DNA of 64,000 nucleotides from an uncultured virus (IMG/VR IMGVR_UViG_2636416135_000002). Taxonomy: Duplodnaviria; Heunggongvirae; Uroviricota; Caudoviricetes. Made by a program: the position numbers and the translations under genes. The stretch lies in the IMG/VR virus record IMGVR_UViG_2636416135_000002. One strand, written 5' to 3'. The notes under the pieces were generated by a model. That model was given only the letters and a program-made list of their open reading frames with translations. It did not search any database and was not told the DNA's origin. Below are positions 19,554-29,235 of this stretch, piece after piece; position 1 is the first letter of the stretch, and each line of letters begins with the position of its first letter.

Positions 19554-20900
19554 TCATAGGTTTGCTTTTACCGCATCGATAAGGGCATTCTGGGTCAGCT
19601 CCTTTTTGAAGAGAGCTTTTAAGATACGCTCATCAATAGTTCCTTTTGTGATGATGTGTTCTATCACTACGGTTCCGGAAGTCTGCCCCTGCCTCCAGAG
19701 ACGGGCGCTGGTCTGCTGATATAATTCCAGTGACCATGTCAGCCCAAACCAGATGAGGATGGAGCCGCCAGCCTGCAGGTTGAGTCCATGACCGGCAGAA
19801 GCAGGGTGGATGACTACGACAGGTATCTTTCCGGCATTCCAGTCGGTGATGTCCTTGCTGGATTTTATTTCTCTCACATCAAAGCGTTTCTTGATACGAG
19901 AGAGGTCATGCTTGAACCAGTAAGCCACAAGGATCGGTTTTTCGTTTGCGGATTCGATGATATCCTCCAGAGCATCCAGCTTTCTGTCATGAAACTCGAT
20001 GGTGTCGCCGGTATCGGAATAAATGGCACCGTTGGCAAGTTGGGATAGCTTTCCGGTGAGGGAAGCTGCATTGGCAGCAGTAATTTCCCCATCAGGGAGT
20101 TCCAACACCAACTCCTGCTTCAATTCCTCGTATCGGGTCACTTCATCATTAGATAAATGGACCTCGTATTCGGAGGAGATGAGCTCTGGCATGTTCAGGT
20201 GGTCCGTTGATTTCATGGAGATGGTAATATCGGAAATTTGGCCGTAGATGCGTTCCTCTGCATAGGGTTGCGGCTTATAGGAATAGATAATCTGACCATT
20301 CCTCTTGTCCGGCACGAAGTAGTTGTTTCGGTACTCGGTAATGAAGCGTCCGAGGCGTTTCCCTAAATCCAGCAGTCGGAACTCAGCCCATAAATCCATA
20401 AGACCGTTGGAAGATGGTGTTCCAGTCAGGCCGATGATACGCTTGACGCTTGGTCTTACCTTCAGGAGGGACTTAAACCTCTTTGAATTGTGATTTTTGA
20501 AGGAAGAAAGCTCGTCGATGACCACCATATCATAGTCAAATGGAAAGCCACTGGACTCGATGAGCCACTGTAGGTTTTCTCTATTGATGATGGTGATATC
20601 AGCACCAGCCATCAAAGCTGCTTTTCGCTCTCTCGGTGTTCCCACACAGACAGCGAAGGTCAGATGTTTCAGGTGCTGCCATTTTCTGATTTCTGCAGGC
20701 CATGTGTCCCTGGCAACTCGAAGTGGGGCGACTACCAGAATGCGATGGGCTTCAAAGCTATCGAATAGAAGGTCTGCGATGGCAGTCAGGGAAATGACCG
20801 TTTTTCCAAGGCCCATATCGAGCAGGACTGCTGCCACAGGATGTGTCTCAATATAATCAATGGCATAGGCCTGATAATCATGAGGTGCGAAGTTCATCAA
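19554..20900 (-). CDS. SNF2-related helicase
   Basis: LDMGLGKT, VIDELS, LTGTP, GHGLNLQ, RLWRQGQ. Confidence 0.92.
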   Translation of the reverse strand: MMNFAPHDYQAYAIDYIETHPVAAVLLDMGLGKTVISLTAIADLLFDSFEAHRILVVAPLRVARDTWPAEIRKWQHLKHLTFAVCVGTPRERKAALMAGADITIINRENLQWLIESSGFPFDYDMVVIDELSSFKNHNSKRFKSLLKVRPSVKRIIGLTGTPSSNGLMDLWAEFRLLDLGKRLGRFITEYRNNYFVPDKRNGQIIYSYKPQPYAEERIYGQISDITISMKSTDHLNMPELISSEYEVHLSNDEVTRYEELKQELVLELPDGEITAANAASLTGKLSQLANGAIYSDTGDTIEFHDRKLDALEDIIESANEKPILVAYWFKHDLSRIKKRFDVREIKSSKDITDWNAGKIPVVVIHPASAGHGLNLQAGGSILIWFGLTWSLELYQQTSARLWRQGQTSGTVVIEHIITKGTIDERILKALFKKELTQNALIDAVKANL

Positions 20901-21159
20901 TCATCCCTCCAATCTGCTCGATGCTATCAATTACATAGACACGAAAGCCCAAAGAACGAAGGAGCCTGTGCCTTGCCTTTTGCAATGGGCGTGGGGATTC
21001 TCTCGGTGCTTTTAATTCTGCAAAGGCAAACTTCCCATCAGGTAATAAGATCAGGCGGTCGGGCATCCCTGCGAAAGAAGGAGACACGAACTTCGGTGCG
21101 ATACCACCAGCCTTTTTTACTGCGGTTGTCAATTTCTTTTCTATCGTTTTTTCTAACAT
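20878..21159 (-). CDS. VRR-NUC nuclease
   Basis: GMPDRLILLP...FAELKAP...PLQ. Confidence 0.9.
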   Translation of the reverse strand: MLEKTIEKKLTTAVKKAGGIAPKFVSPSFAGMPDRLILLPDGKFAFAELKAPRESPRPLQKARHRLLRSLGFRVYVIDSIEQIGGMIDELRTS

Positions 21160-21193
21160 ATTTGTCCTCCATCAGGCCGTTAATTTGAAGATG

Positions 21194-21288
21194 TGCAAGG
21201 TGTATCAATGGTATTTTCCATACTTTTTCTTATTGATATTTTTATAGGCTTAAGAATAGTTTTATATAACACCTTGATACACCTTGCA
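21194..21288. other. Candidate phage replication origin
   Basis: Perfect 15-bp inverted repeat TGCAAGGTGTATCAA / TTGATACACCTTGCA around a 65-bp AT-rich spacer, just downstream of the primase gene. Confidence 0.55.
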
Positions 21289-21298
21289 ATTTATGGCC

Positions 21299-23572
21299 TT
21301 AATTCATAAAATCCTCGTCTGCACCAGTGTCTTCACGTAAGCGCAGACCCTTAAAGTAACGCTTTCTGCTCACGGTGATTCGCTCAAAACCAGCCTTCTC
21401 CAGAGCAAAGTAGAAGTCAGCGGTACTGCGCACATACTCATTGCAGTCTAAAGAATAGTTGCGGTAAGCCTGATAAAGAGAAGAGGAGCTTTCTTTATAG
21501 GATAGGTCGATCTCACATTTATCTGCAAGGAAGTGACCGAACCAGTCGTTCTGACTGCGGTATTCATTGATAGCTTCCTGCACGCAATCCGGCACGGGAA
21601 TCTGGTAATTAGATTCGATGACCTTCTTGGCACCTTCGATGACCCACGCCAAAATGTTGCCGCCTGCGTTGTCATAAAGGTACTCGCTATAATTCTTGAT
21701 GTCGCTGCTGCCGGTAATCTTGGCGTTGAACGGGATGACGATAAGTCGTCTCCAGATGCCGTCATCGGATGCAGAGACACGAGGCAGATGGTTGGTGTAA
21801 AGCACCAGCGTGTGGCAGGGTTTGAAGGAGAACGGATCCTTGTATTTCTTCTCTGCAAAGACATCATCGGTGGAGCAGAGCTGCTTAACGGTGGAATCGT
21901 TCAGACGAGCACCTTCCTGCATTTCGGCTGCGATGAGGAGTCTTTTTCCTTTGACCTCAGCCATTTCCGGTTTGATGTTTCTGCGGCATCCTACGGTGAG
22001 CGTATCTGCAGAAATGTTACCGGAGTAAAGACCAAGCACTCTGGAGATAGCATTCCAGAAGGTGGACTTACCATTGCGTCCATCACCGTAGGCAATGATG
22101 AGTGCTTCCACATAGACCTTGCCGATAGCAGCCAGACCACAAATCATCTGAACATAATCGATGAGTTCCTGATTACCCTGAAAGATGAGGTCAAGGCAGT
22201 CCAGCCAAATCTGCTTTCCCTTGTAGTTCGGAGACACTGATGTGATTTTGGTAATGAAATCTTCCGGCAGGTGTTCTCTGGCACCAGCCATTCCTTTACG
22301 CAGGTCATAGGTTGCTTCCGGCGTACACATAGCGAAGCAATCAGCATCAAGGTCACGAGGCGAGATTTCCAGCATCGGGCGAGATTCCTTAAGCGTAGAA
22401 GTAATGTTCTTGGAGTCCCTGCGCTTTACAGCAAACTGCTGATATGCCTTTGCAGCCAGAAATTCTTGATAGGCTTCCAGCTGGTGCTCGTTCATCAGCT
22501 GCTCCGCCTTGTTCTTTGACATAGAATCAAGCAGAGACTGTGCGCCAGAGTTCTTCAGCTTATCGAGAGCTTCGAGCATATCATTGCCAGCTTCATTCAG
22601 CTGCCTTCTGGTAAGTTCGTGAGCCACTGCCTGTGCACCCGGTTCGGATTCCTGCCAGTAGTGGTCAGAGTATCGGATGAAGTGGGTGGCTGGAGAGTAG
22701 CGGAGCTCACCAGAAAAGTATTTTGCTAACACCTCAGCTTGTCCAACATCGGAAAAATCTCCGGGTTTGTAACAGAAAGGATCATTATATACTTCCGGTG
22801 CAATGTAGCCGTCCTGCTGGGAAAGTCTTGCATAAAAACGTTGGGCACTGTGCCAGATAGTAGCGAGCTCAGATGCTTCCAGTGGAGGTGTGCACTTTGT
22901 CGATTCCTCCATAAATGTCTGATATGCTTTGTCGCTATCTCCGTATTTCTTGATAACACGACCGGCGAAACGAGACATAGTCGCATTTCGGCTTCCTTCT
23001 GGGATAGCGGATCCATTGTATTGGCCATCCGGTAAATCCTCATCGAATAGGTCCTCATCCAAGAATTCAGTCAGATTCATACGTCCCGGATAAAGGGCAA
23101 CATCTGCAGTGGTCGTTCCAAAGAAGAAACGTGCTGCATCCAGCGCTTGTGTATCAAAATAAGGGAAGATGGAATTGACTAGCTTCTTCATATCGCTGTA
23201 AAGAGAGGAATCCGATACATATTCGATTGGAAACAGAACATGGAATTTTGGCCTTGCCGCCTTGCCGTTTTTCTCACGGTTATTGTAGCGGCTATAGTGG
23301 ATCGCAAAGCTGACGCCAGGAAAGGCCTGCATGATATCATCAGGAGTGACCCAGTCATCCGGATTTTCAGAGTGGTCGTTATCGCAATCCACAGGAAGGC
23401 AGTCGCTGCCAATGAAATTATCGCCATTGCGGTAGCTGTTCTTATATTCGGCACAGACATAATCATGGCAGATAGCAGCTTTCAGGCTGTCCTCATCTAA
23501 GATGACATGTTTGTGCGGATAGGAGCAGTTGCCAGGATTACCGGTAACGTCTGCAGAATAAATGGTGAACAT
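21299..23572 (-). CDS. Phage/plasmid primase-helicase, P4/D5 family
   Basis: DCDND primase motif, EGSRN PriCT-like motif, YGDGRNGKST Walker A, TNHLP, GIWRR. Confidence 0.92.
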   Translation of the reverse strand: MFTIYSADVTGNPGNCSYPHKHVILDEDSLKAAICHDYVCAEYKNSYRNGDNFIGSDCLPVDCDNDHSENPDDWVTPDDIMQAFPGVSFAIHYSRYNNREKNGKAARPKFHVLFPIEYVSDSSLYSDMKKLVNSIFPYFDTQALDAARFFFGTTTADVALYPGRMNLTEFLDEDLFDEDLPDGQYNGSAIPEGSRNATMSRFAGRVIKKYGDSDKAYQTFMEESTKCTPPLEASELATIWHSAQRFYARLSQQDGYIAPEVYNDPFCYKPGDFSDVGQAEVLAKYFSGELRYSPATHFIRYSDHYWQESEPGAQAVAHELTRRQLNEAGNDMLEALDKLKNSGAQSLLDSMSKNKAEQLMNEHQLEAYQEFLAAKAYQQFAVKRRDSKNITSTLKESRPMLEISPRDLDADCFAMCTPEATYDLRKGMAGAREHLPEDFITKITSVSPNYKGKQIWLDCLDLIFQGNQELIDYVQMICGLAAIGKVYVEALIIAYGDGRNGKSTFWNAISRVLGLYSGNISADTLTVGCRRNIKPEMAEVKGKRLLIAAEMQEGARLNDSTVKQLCSTDDVFAEKKYKDPFSFKPCHTLVLYTNHLPRVSASDDGIWRRLIVIPFNAKITGSSDIKNYSEYLYDNAGGNILAWVIEGAKKVIESNYQIPVPDCVQEAINEYRSQNDWFGHFLADKCEIDLSYKESSSSLYQAYRNYSLDCNEYVRSTADFYFALEKAGFERITVSRKRYFKGLRLREDTGADEDFMN

Positions 23573-23901
23573 TAGTCATACACCTCCTTGGATTCATCTT
23601 CCAGAACCTTGGTGATAAATTTTAAAGCACGGATCATGGTTTCCAGTTCGCAATCACCACCGAGGCAGACCTCAAAACCGTTACTGCCACAGCGAGTGGT
23701 ATAGCTATGGATTTCCATGTCTGTGCAGGCTGCATCTTGAATACGAAAATAGGTGCGTCCGCCATGACCGGTATCGCCACCGTAATAACCGGTAGTTCCT
23801 GCCTCGACCTCTAAGATGTTGCAGCTGACCACATCTCTGCTATAGGTTGTGATTTCAGTTCCGTCTTTTAATATCCTTGAATTTTCTTTTACTTCGTACA
23901 T
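23572..23901 (-). CDS. Phage hypothetical protein
   Basis: 109 aa, EAGTTGYYGGDTGHGGRTYFRI. Confidence 0.7.
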   Translation of the reverse strand: MYEVKENSRILKDGTEITTYSRDVVSCNILEVEAGTTGYYGGDTGHGGRTYFRIQDAACTDMEIHSYTTRCGSNGFEVCLGGDCELETMIRALKFITKVLEDESKEVYD

Positions 23902-23904
23902 GTG

Positions 23905-24324
23905 TTAAACCTCCTCAAGTTTTTCGGTGAAATAGCGCAGGCGGTAATTTTTCCACTTGGCTCGTTTGATTTCTGCTTCCATGCCAGGAGATATATGACT
24001 TCCAAAGACCCAGACTTCAGAACATTTGCTCATGATGGCGTTTCCAAAGAAAAGGCCAAGTTCACGTTCTTTCGGGTCGTTATCGTTCAAAAACTGTGGA
24101 AACAGCAGGTGTGGCGCAATGGGGATGTATCCTTGCTCCACTGCAAAACGGCTGTAGGTCCTGGCAGCAGCTACGTTCTTTCCGATGTCTCCGGCAAAGG
24201 GAGAGCAGATATACACGATTGGTCTGAAAGCTCTTAGCGCACGGGTCTCGTTTTCGATTGAAGAAAGAGCACCGAAAGCAGTAGGGTCAGGATAGCCTTC
24301 GTTGTTGTATTTGCTGATTGACAT
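23905..24324 (-). CDS. DUF4406-like protein
   Basis: VYICSPFAG, PIAPHLLFPQF, CSEVWVFG, GMEAEI. Confidence 0.75.
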   Translation of the reverse strand: MSISKYNNEGYPDPTAFGALSSIENETRALRAFRPIVYICSPFAGDIGKNVAAARTYSRFAVEQGYIPIAPHLLFPQFLNDNDPKERELGLFFGNAIMSKCSEVWVFGSHISPGMEAEIKRAKWKNYRLRYFTEKLEEV

Positions 24325-24433
24325 GTCAGCTTCCTCCTTTCCGGATGGACATGGAAAAAGGACGCCCATCTCTAATATCCATTGGAGATGAACGTCCCAT
24401 TTTGATGAAAAACAGAAATGAAATTTTTATCTC

Positions 24434-24475
24434 CACTATTAAATGGAGATGAGTTTGCCGATTGGCCGAAAAAAT
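24434..24475 (-). promoter_or_regulatory. Repeated intergenic motif, copy 2 (candidate phage-sigma promoter)
   Basis: 37/42 identical to 29134-29175. Confidence 0.55.
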
Positions 24476-26416
24476 CTAATCTTTTTTATAAAAAGGTGTC
24501 TTATAGCCATCGGCTCTTAAAAGCAGTCCCTTGGCCCAAGGTGGTGTGCGGCCCATTTGCTCACAAACTGCATCCAACGACATACTGGGATCCGCTTCGA
24601 TGACAACCTCATCGTGAATATGCATGACGATAGAACAGCAGCGGAGTGTCTGCATAGCATAGCAAAGAATATCACGGGCAGTTGCCTGTACGATATTCTC
24701 AACAAATTTCGGACCGTAGGAATCAAGTCGTTCCCACTTCTTGGTGCCACCGATGCCTTCATAGGTGATACATTGGCCACCGAACGTATTGGTTCCAACC
24801 TTCGGTTTTACATACGCCAACTTTCTTCCTGATGGGAGAGTAATAAAGAGCATGCCACTCCTGCAGGAGAAGGTCAGTCCATATTCGGAAGTTGTGTGCT
24901 TGAACTTTACGGCTTCCATGACAGCATGATCAACATCCCACCAGAATTTCACGATGTTCGGATTAGACTGTCTCCATGCATCTACCAGCGGATGGAGTTC
25001 TTCTTCGGTGAGCCCCATATCCAGTGCGCCCATTGCTTTCAAGGCTCCGACTGAGCCTCCATAGCCAAGGGCAAGTTCCGCAATCTTGCCTTTTTGACGG
25101 AGATGGCCATTGATACCGTGCTTTTCTACGGGAACTTTGAACATCTGCGATGCAGAGGCGCAGTAGATGTCGCCACCTTTAGCAAAGACATCTTGACGCC
25201 ATTTTTCACCGGCAAACCATGCAATGACACGGGCTTCGATAGCAGAAAAGTCCGCTACCAGAAACTGAGTTCCTTCTCTTGGAATGAAGGCAGTACGGAT
25301 AAGCTGGGAAAGAGTATCCGGAACATCTTCGTAGAGAAGTTCCACAGCTTCAAAGTTGCCGGAGCGCACTAGAGAGCGAGCCTCTGCAAGGTCTGAAAGA
25401 TGATTTTGTGGTAGGTTCTGCAACTGAATGTTACGACCGGAGAATCTACCGGTTCGATTGGCACCATAAAACTGGAACATGCCACGGGCACGCCCATCGG
25501 CACAGACGGTCTTTTCCATTGCCTGATATTTGCGGACAGATGACTTGGCCAGCTGCTGTCTTAAAGTAAGAACCTGCGAGAGCTTCGGAGAAGTAGATTT
25601 TAAGAGTTCTGCAACAGTTTTCTTGCCAAGGGTATCTGTCTGCAATCCATTATCTGAAAGCCATGCTTTCATCTGTTGGACGGAATTTGGATTTTCCAGC
25701 TGCGTGATTTTCTTCATCGTATCGACCAGTTGCGTTCTGGAGCGAGTATCCATTTCAATGGCAGCAGCAACAAGATCCATATCTAAGCGTACACCACGGT
25801 CATTGATTTCTTGGTCTTGATGGTATTCATCCCAGACCTGAGCCGGAACGGGAAATTTTGCGAGCCTCTGCTGGATGCCCATTTCGGTCTCCACATCTCG
25901 GACATTATATTTTTTGAACATGGCCCATTTATCCGGAGCATGGAAGGGGCGATTTCTTGTACGCTGCCCATTGGTCTTCGTGGGAGCACAGGGCTGGCAA
26001 AAATATTTGATGAGGTCTTTTCCTTCTGAGAGCTTTTGTTTTTCCAAACCGAGAACAGCACCGACACCCTCCAAGGAGAGTGGGAGTCCCATTGTGGCAG
26101 ACCAAATCATAGAGCAACGCCAGCTTTCAGGTTCTAGATATTCTCCGGTCGGGTATCCTAAGAAACGAGAAAGGCAGATGCGTTCAAAAGCTGCATTGAA
26201 TGCCCACTTGATGACAGATTCATCCTCCAGGGCAAGAAGAACTTCTTTTGGAATCTGTTCTCCGCAGGCAAGGTCAATGACCCGAACGGGCTGGCTGTCT
26301 GCGCTATAGGCAAAGAGTAAGATTTCAAAATTGGGAGACTCCACATAGCGATAGACGCCTGTTTTCTGAAGAGGCACATCACTGTAGGTCTCAATATCAA
26401 TACTGAGTGTTTTCAT
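24476..26416 (-). CDS. Phage DNA polymerase, family A
   Basis: IDIETYS exonuclease motif, RTGRFSG, QLQNLP, ADFSAIEAR, RQKGKIAELALGYG, HIHDE. Confidence 0.95.
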   Translation of the reverse strand: MKTLSIDIETYSDVPLQKTGVYRYVESPNFEILLFAYSADSQPVRVIDLACGEQIPKEVLLALEDESVIKWAFNAAFERICLSRFLGYPTGEYLEPESWRCSMIWSATMGLPLSLEGVGAVLGLEKQKLSEGKDLIKYFCQPCAPTKTNGQRTRNRPFHAPDKWAMFKKYNVRDVETEMGIQQRLAKFPVPAQVWDEYHQDQEINDRGVRLDMDLVAAAIEMDTRSRTQLVDTMKKITQLENPNSVQQMKAWLSDNGLQTDTLGKKTVAELLKSTSPKLSQVLTLRQQLAKSSVRKYQAMEKTVCADGRARGMFQFYGANRTGRFSGRNIQLQNLPQNHLSDLAEARSLVRSGNFEAVELLYEDVPDTLSQLIRTAFIPREGTQFLVADFSAIEARVIAWFAGEKWRQDVFAKGGDIYCASASQMFKVPVEKHGINGHLRQKGKIAELALGYGGSVGALKAMGALDMGLTEEELHPLVDAWRQSNPNIVKFWWDVDHAVMEAVKFKHTTSEYGLTFSCRSGMLFITLPSGRKLAYVKPKVGTNTFGGQCITYEGIGGTKKWERLDSYGPKFVENIVQATARDILCYAMQTLRCCSIVMHIHDEVVIEADPSMSLDAVCEQMGRTPPWAKGLLLRADGYKTPFYKKD

Positions 26417-26470
26417 GAGATTGTCCTTTCTACAAAACAGGCAGCAGAGAAATCCCTGCCGCCTGCCGTG

Positions 26471-26656
26471 TTACTGTTTATCTTTATTGGATTTGTATTT
26501 ATTGATGTCACGGCGGATGTGGTATACCGCATAGCGGATAAGATAAAGAATAATTTTCCCTACGTTATAAATGATGAAGCTATATACCGCTACAAAGAAG
26601 GTGTATGCGATGACATTAGCAATAAATAGATTTAAGATTTCTGCAAATTCATTCAT
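26471..26656 (-). CDS. Small predicted membrane protein
   Basis: 61 aa, hydrophobic N-terminal two-thirds, basic tail; AAAAGGAG RBS. Confidence 0.55.
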   Translation of the reverse strand: MNEFAEILNLFIANVIAYTFFVAVYSFIIYNVGKIILYLIRYAVYHIRRDINKYKSNKDKQ

Positions 26657-26721
26657 AGATGGTCTCCTTTTGTCGAAAGATGTGCTGGCGGCAGCAGAAC
26701 CACCGCCAGCAGGTTGATAGA

Positions 26722-26910
26722 TTACTTAAAGTCATTCATGCGCTTTTCGTGGTATTCGAGATCACGCTTGTCCTTTTCATGTTCACGCTTTTCGCGTCTA
26801 TGGTCATTGATGATAATCTGAATCATAGAGACTGCAGTAGTAAGTCCAACACACGCGAAGCAGCCGATACAGATGTTTACAAGGATTGTACTAATCATAA
26901 TTGTCGCCAT
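26722..26910 (-). CDS. Small predicted membrane protein
   Basis: 62 aa, one hydrophobic segment and a charged tail; GGAGGTG RBS. Confidence 0.6.
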   Translation of the reverse strand: MATIMISTILVNICIGCFACVGLTTAVSMIQIIINDHRREKREHEKDKRDLEYHEKRMNDFK

Positions 26911-26925
26911 AGTTTGTCACCTCCA

Positions 26926-27498
26926 TTAATCAAGGAAATCATCATCGTCATCAGTTGCAAAGTCAGATTCAGCAGAAGCCTTACCACCAAGAGGCTCACC
27001 ATCACGAATCTTCTGCAGATTATTAAGACCGCAGGCGATGCCCTTATTACCAGAGCTGTTGAAAGCGTAGAAGCTGATGCTGGCGCGACCGTAGACTCCA
27101 GAGTAAACCTCAGAACGAGTAAGGATAGGATTGCGGTCTGCATCCACGATGCCCGGAGCAGAAGTGGCGTTGGCATTTACAAAGTAGCTGCCAGCGTAAG
27201 CAGGGTCATCCGGTCTTTCAAGGTCGCCATCACGAAGAGGAGTCTTAAGTACGGAAAGAGCTGGTACGGACTTGCCGTTGCCCTTGAGCTTGGATTCACC
27301 TTCACGATATGCAGCCTCGATAGCAGCTTCAATCTTTGCGACAGTCTTTGTGTCGGACTTCGGGATAATCAGGCTGACACTGTATTTCGGAGTGCCACCA
27401 TTGATGGATTTCGGTTCCCAGACGTTGGCGTAGCTCCAGCGTGTGTTAGGACCGGTGATAACTTTCATGGGATTTGTCATTTTTGCATTTTTACTCAT
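26926..27498 (-). CDS. Phage ssDNA-binding protein (DUF2815)
   Basis: RWSYANVWEP, PLRDGD, VYSGVYGRA, acidic tail DDDDDFLD. Confidence 0.88.
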   Translation of the reverse strand: MSKNAKMTNPMKVITGPNTRWSYANVWEPKSINGGTPKYSVSLIIPKSDTKTVAKIEAAIEAAYREGESKLKGNGKSVPALSVLKTPLRDGDLERPDDPAYAGSYFVNANATSAPGIVDADRNPILTRSEVYSGVYGRASISFYAFNSSGNKGIACGLNNLQKIRDGEPLGGKASAESDFATDDDDDFLD

Positions 27499-28630
27499 TG
27501 TCATATTCCTCCATAAAATCATTTTTTGCTGTGTTCATTGCCGGGCGTTTATCGCTCTCCGGCACAAGAGTAGGTTTGCCTTGTGGCTTTTCAATATAGG
27601 CTGCAAGAAGTTCTTCGAAGCGAGCTTTGCCGAGCAGCTTTTGCATGGCTGTGATACCAAGTAGCTTCTTTTCGTAAGGGTTAAAACCAGCAGCTTTGAC
27701 AACCTTCGATACAGTATCTTCGTTGGTATATCTGCGGTTGGAGCGACCTTCAACCAGTTTCCAGCCAGTCCATTCTTTACCGCTGATTGCCTGCTGGAGC
27801 GCATACTCCTTGATGTCATTGGCCCAAGAGACCAGTTCATCGACACGGGAGAGGATGACTTCAATTTCCGAATCCTCCAACAGTGGCGGCAACTTGAAAT
27901 CGTGCTGTGCAAGTAGAAGATTGGCTTCAGCTCTGGCTCGGCATTCATGCTTTGCCCTACAGAATCCGCACCATTCACCACACAGGAAATTTCCATCACC
28001 GGCAAAGGCAAGGTCTGCGGTAGGCCTCAGAACTTCATCGGCCCATTGATACAGGTCATCCTTGCTGACTTCGTAGGTAGAAATGTTCTGGCGTCTGGGC
28101 TGATAGATGGTCATGCTGACCGTATCGATGTCGTAAATATCATCAAAGAGTTCCAGTGCGCCAAGGGCGTAACACTTCATCTGCGAATTGTCTTCAGCGG
28201 ATACGAGAATTCCAAGACCGTGCTTGTAGTCAATTACGCGCATGGTACCGTCGCTGATGAGAATGGCATCAGATGTTCCGAAGCCTTGTTCTACCCAACG
28301 GGAGAAGTCCACTCGCTGTTCAATCAGAACAACAGGGTCGGAGCAGGTCTGCTTGGCCTCCTCAAAAAGCTCCATGATGAAGCAGACATACCCGGTGGCA
28401 CAGTCATCCATTTCAGCGTTATACCAGTCGAGATTCTTGGTAGGATCTGTAGCTTTCATGCCGAGTGCTTTACGGAGCTTGTACTCACAAAGAGAGTGGG
28501 CATCGGAGCCTTCTGCAGCATAGTTGCTGCCTTTATCCTCGTAGGTTTCGCAGAGCCTTGCTGACGGTGGACAGTGGAGCCAGCGGTCAGAAGAGGATGC
28601 GGAGAGGATTGCATGTCCTTTAGGTGGCAT
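27491..28630 (-). CDS. DUF2800 Cas4-like PD-(D/E)XK nuclease
   Basis: HAILSASSSDRWLHCPPS, FGTSD, IDYKHG, QMKCYALG, WCGFC. Confidence 0.88.
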   Translation of the reverse strand: MPPKGHAILSASSSDRWLHCPPSARLCETYEDKGSNYAAEGSDAHSLCEYKLRKALGMKATDPTKNLDWYNAEMDDCATGYVCFIMELFEEAKQTCSDPVVLIEQRVDFSRWVEQGFGTSDAILISDGTMRVIDYKHGLGILVSAEDNSQMKCYALGALELFDDIYDIDTVSMTIYQPRRQNISTYEVSKDDLYQWADEVLRPTADLAFAGDGNFLCGEWCGFCRAKHECRARAEANLLLAQHDFKLPPLLEDSEIEVILSRVDELVSWANDIKEYALQQAISGKEWTGWKLVEGRSNRRYTNEDTVSKVVKAAGFNPYEKKLLGITAMQKLLGKARFEELLAAYIEKPQGKPTLVPESDKRPAMNTAKNDFMEEYDNE

Positions 28631-28631
28631 A

Positions 28632-28946
28632 TTAGAGCACCTCCGCTTCCCTGAGCAGGGCTTCATAATGTTTTGGGTCTACGAGTGACAACTTGCTTGC
28701 ACCGTACTTTTTAAGAAGTTCTCGAATTTCAGCTGTATGTCCGGCACGAGATTTATCCGCAAGAACAGCTCGAACTTCCTCAAGGGTCAGTGCAGGTTTT
28801 GCAGGAGCGGCAGGGTCTTCTGCTTTTTCAGCGGCTTCGGATGCTCCTCCAAACTGCTGTGCGAGCCAGTTTGCTGCATCGTTAATAGCAGTGGCAGCAT
28901 TTCTCAGCTCTTCGATGGTCATAGCCATATCGTTCATTTTTGACAT
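28632..28946 (-). CDS. Conserved phage hypothetical protein
   Basis: LTLEEVRAVLADKSRAG...YGASKLS. Confidence 0.75.
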   Translation of the reverse strand: MSKMNDMAMTIEELRNAATAINDAANWLAQQFGGASEAAEKAEDPAAPAKPALTLEEVRAVLADKSRAGHTAEIRELLKKYGASKLSLVDPKHYEALLREAEVL

Positions 28947-29100
28947 TTACTTTTCCTCCTTCCTCGGATTGTCTGTGTGCGGCGATGATTCTGAGATTCT
29001 TCGCCATTCTTGCGGATACCTGGCTGATTGCAGTGAGAGTAGCAATCACTTCTGCGTCCGTGCCGCTTCTGTTGTGAAAAGTTCGATTCACGATGTTCAC
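28882..29100 (-). CDS. Phage hypothetical protein
   Basis: 72 aa, LTAISQVSARMAKNL; GAAAGCGAG upstream. Confidence 0.5.
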   Translation of the reverse strand: MNIVNRTFHNRSGTDAEVIATLTAISQVSARMAKNLRIIAAHRQSEEGGKVNVKNERYGYDHRRAEKCCHCY

Positions 29101-29133
29101 CTCGCTTTCTGTAGGTCGCTTTGTTTCGCCTTA

Positions 29134-29175
29134 CACTACTCAATGGAGGTGAGATTGCCGTTTGGCCGAAAAAAT
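29134..29175 (-). promoter_or_regulatory. Repeated intergenic motif, copy 1 (candidate phage-sigma promoter)
   Basis: Minus strand TTTTTCGGCCAAACGGCAATCTCACCTCCATTGAGTAGTG at the head of the replication operon. Confidence 0.55.
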
Positions 29176-29190
29176 ATAAAAAAGTTTTTG

Positions 29191-29226
29191 AAAAGAAAAA
29201 TCGTCCCCTGAAAAATCAGAGGACGA
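29191..29226 (-). terminator. Intrinsic terminator after the sigma-like gene
   Basis: Minus strand TCGTCCTCTGA-TTTT-TCAGGGGACGA followed by TTTTTCTTTT. Confidence 0.7.
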
Positions 29227-29235
29227 CCATTCATA

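Noticed and set aside
16793..28564. Long plus-strand ORFs opposite the MTase, primase, SSB and DUF2800 genes
   Set aside because: Antisense shadows of well-supported genes with no recognisable protein features.
27491..28630. Cas4-like gene as evidence of CRISPR-Cas
   Set aside because: It sits in a standard phage replication module; no other cas genes or repeat-spacer array were seen in the window.
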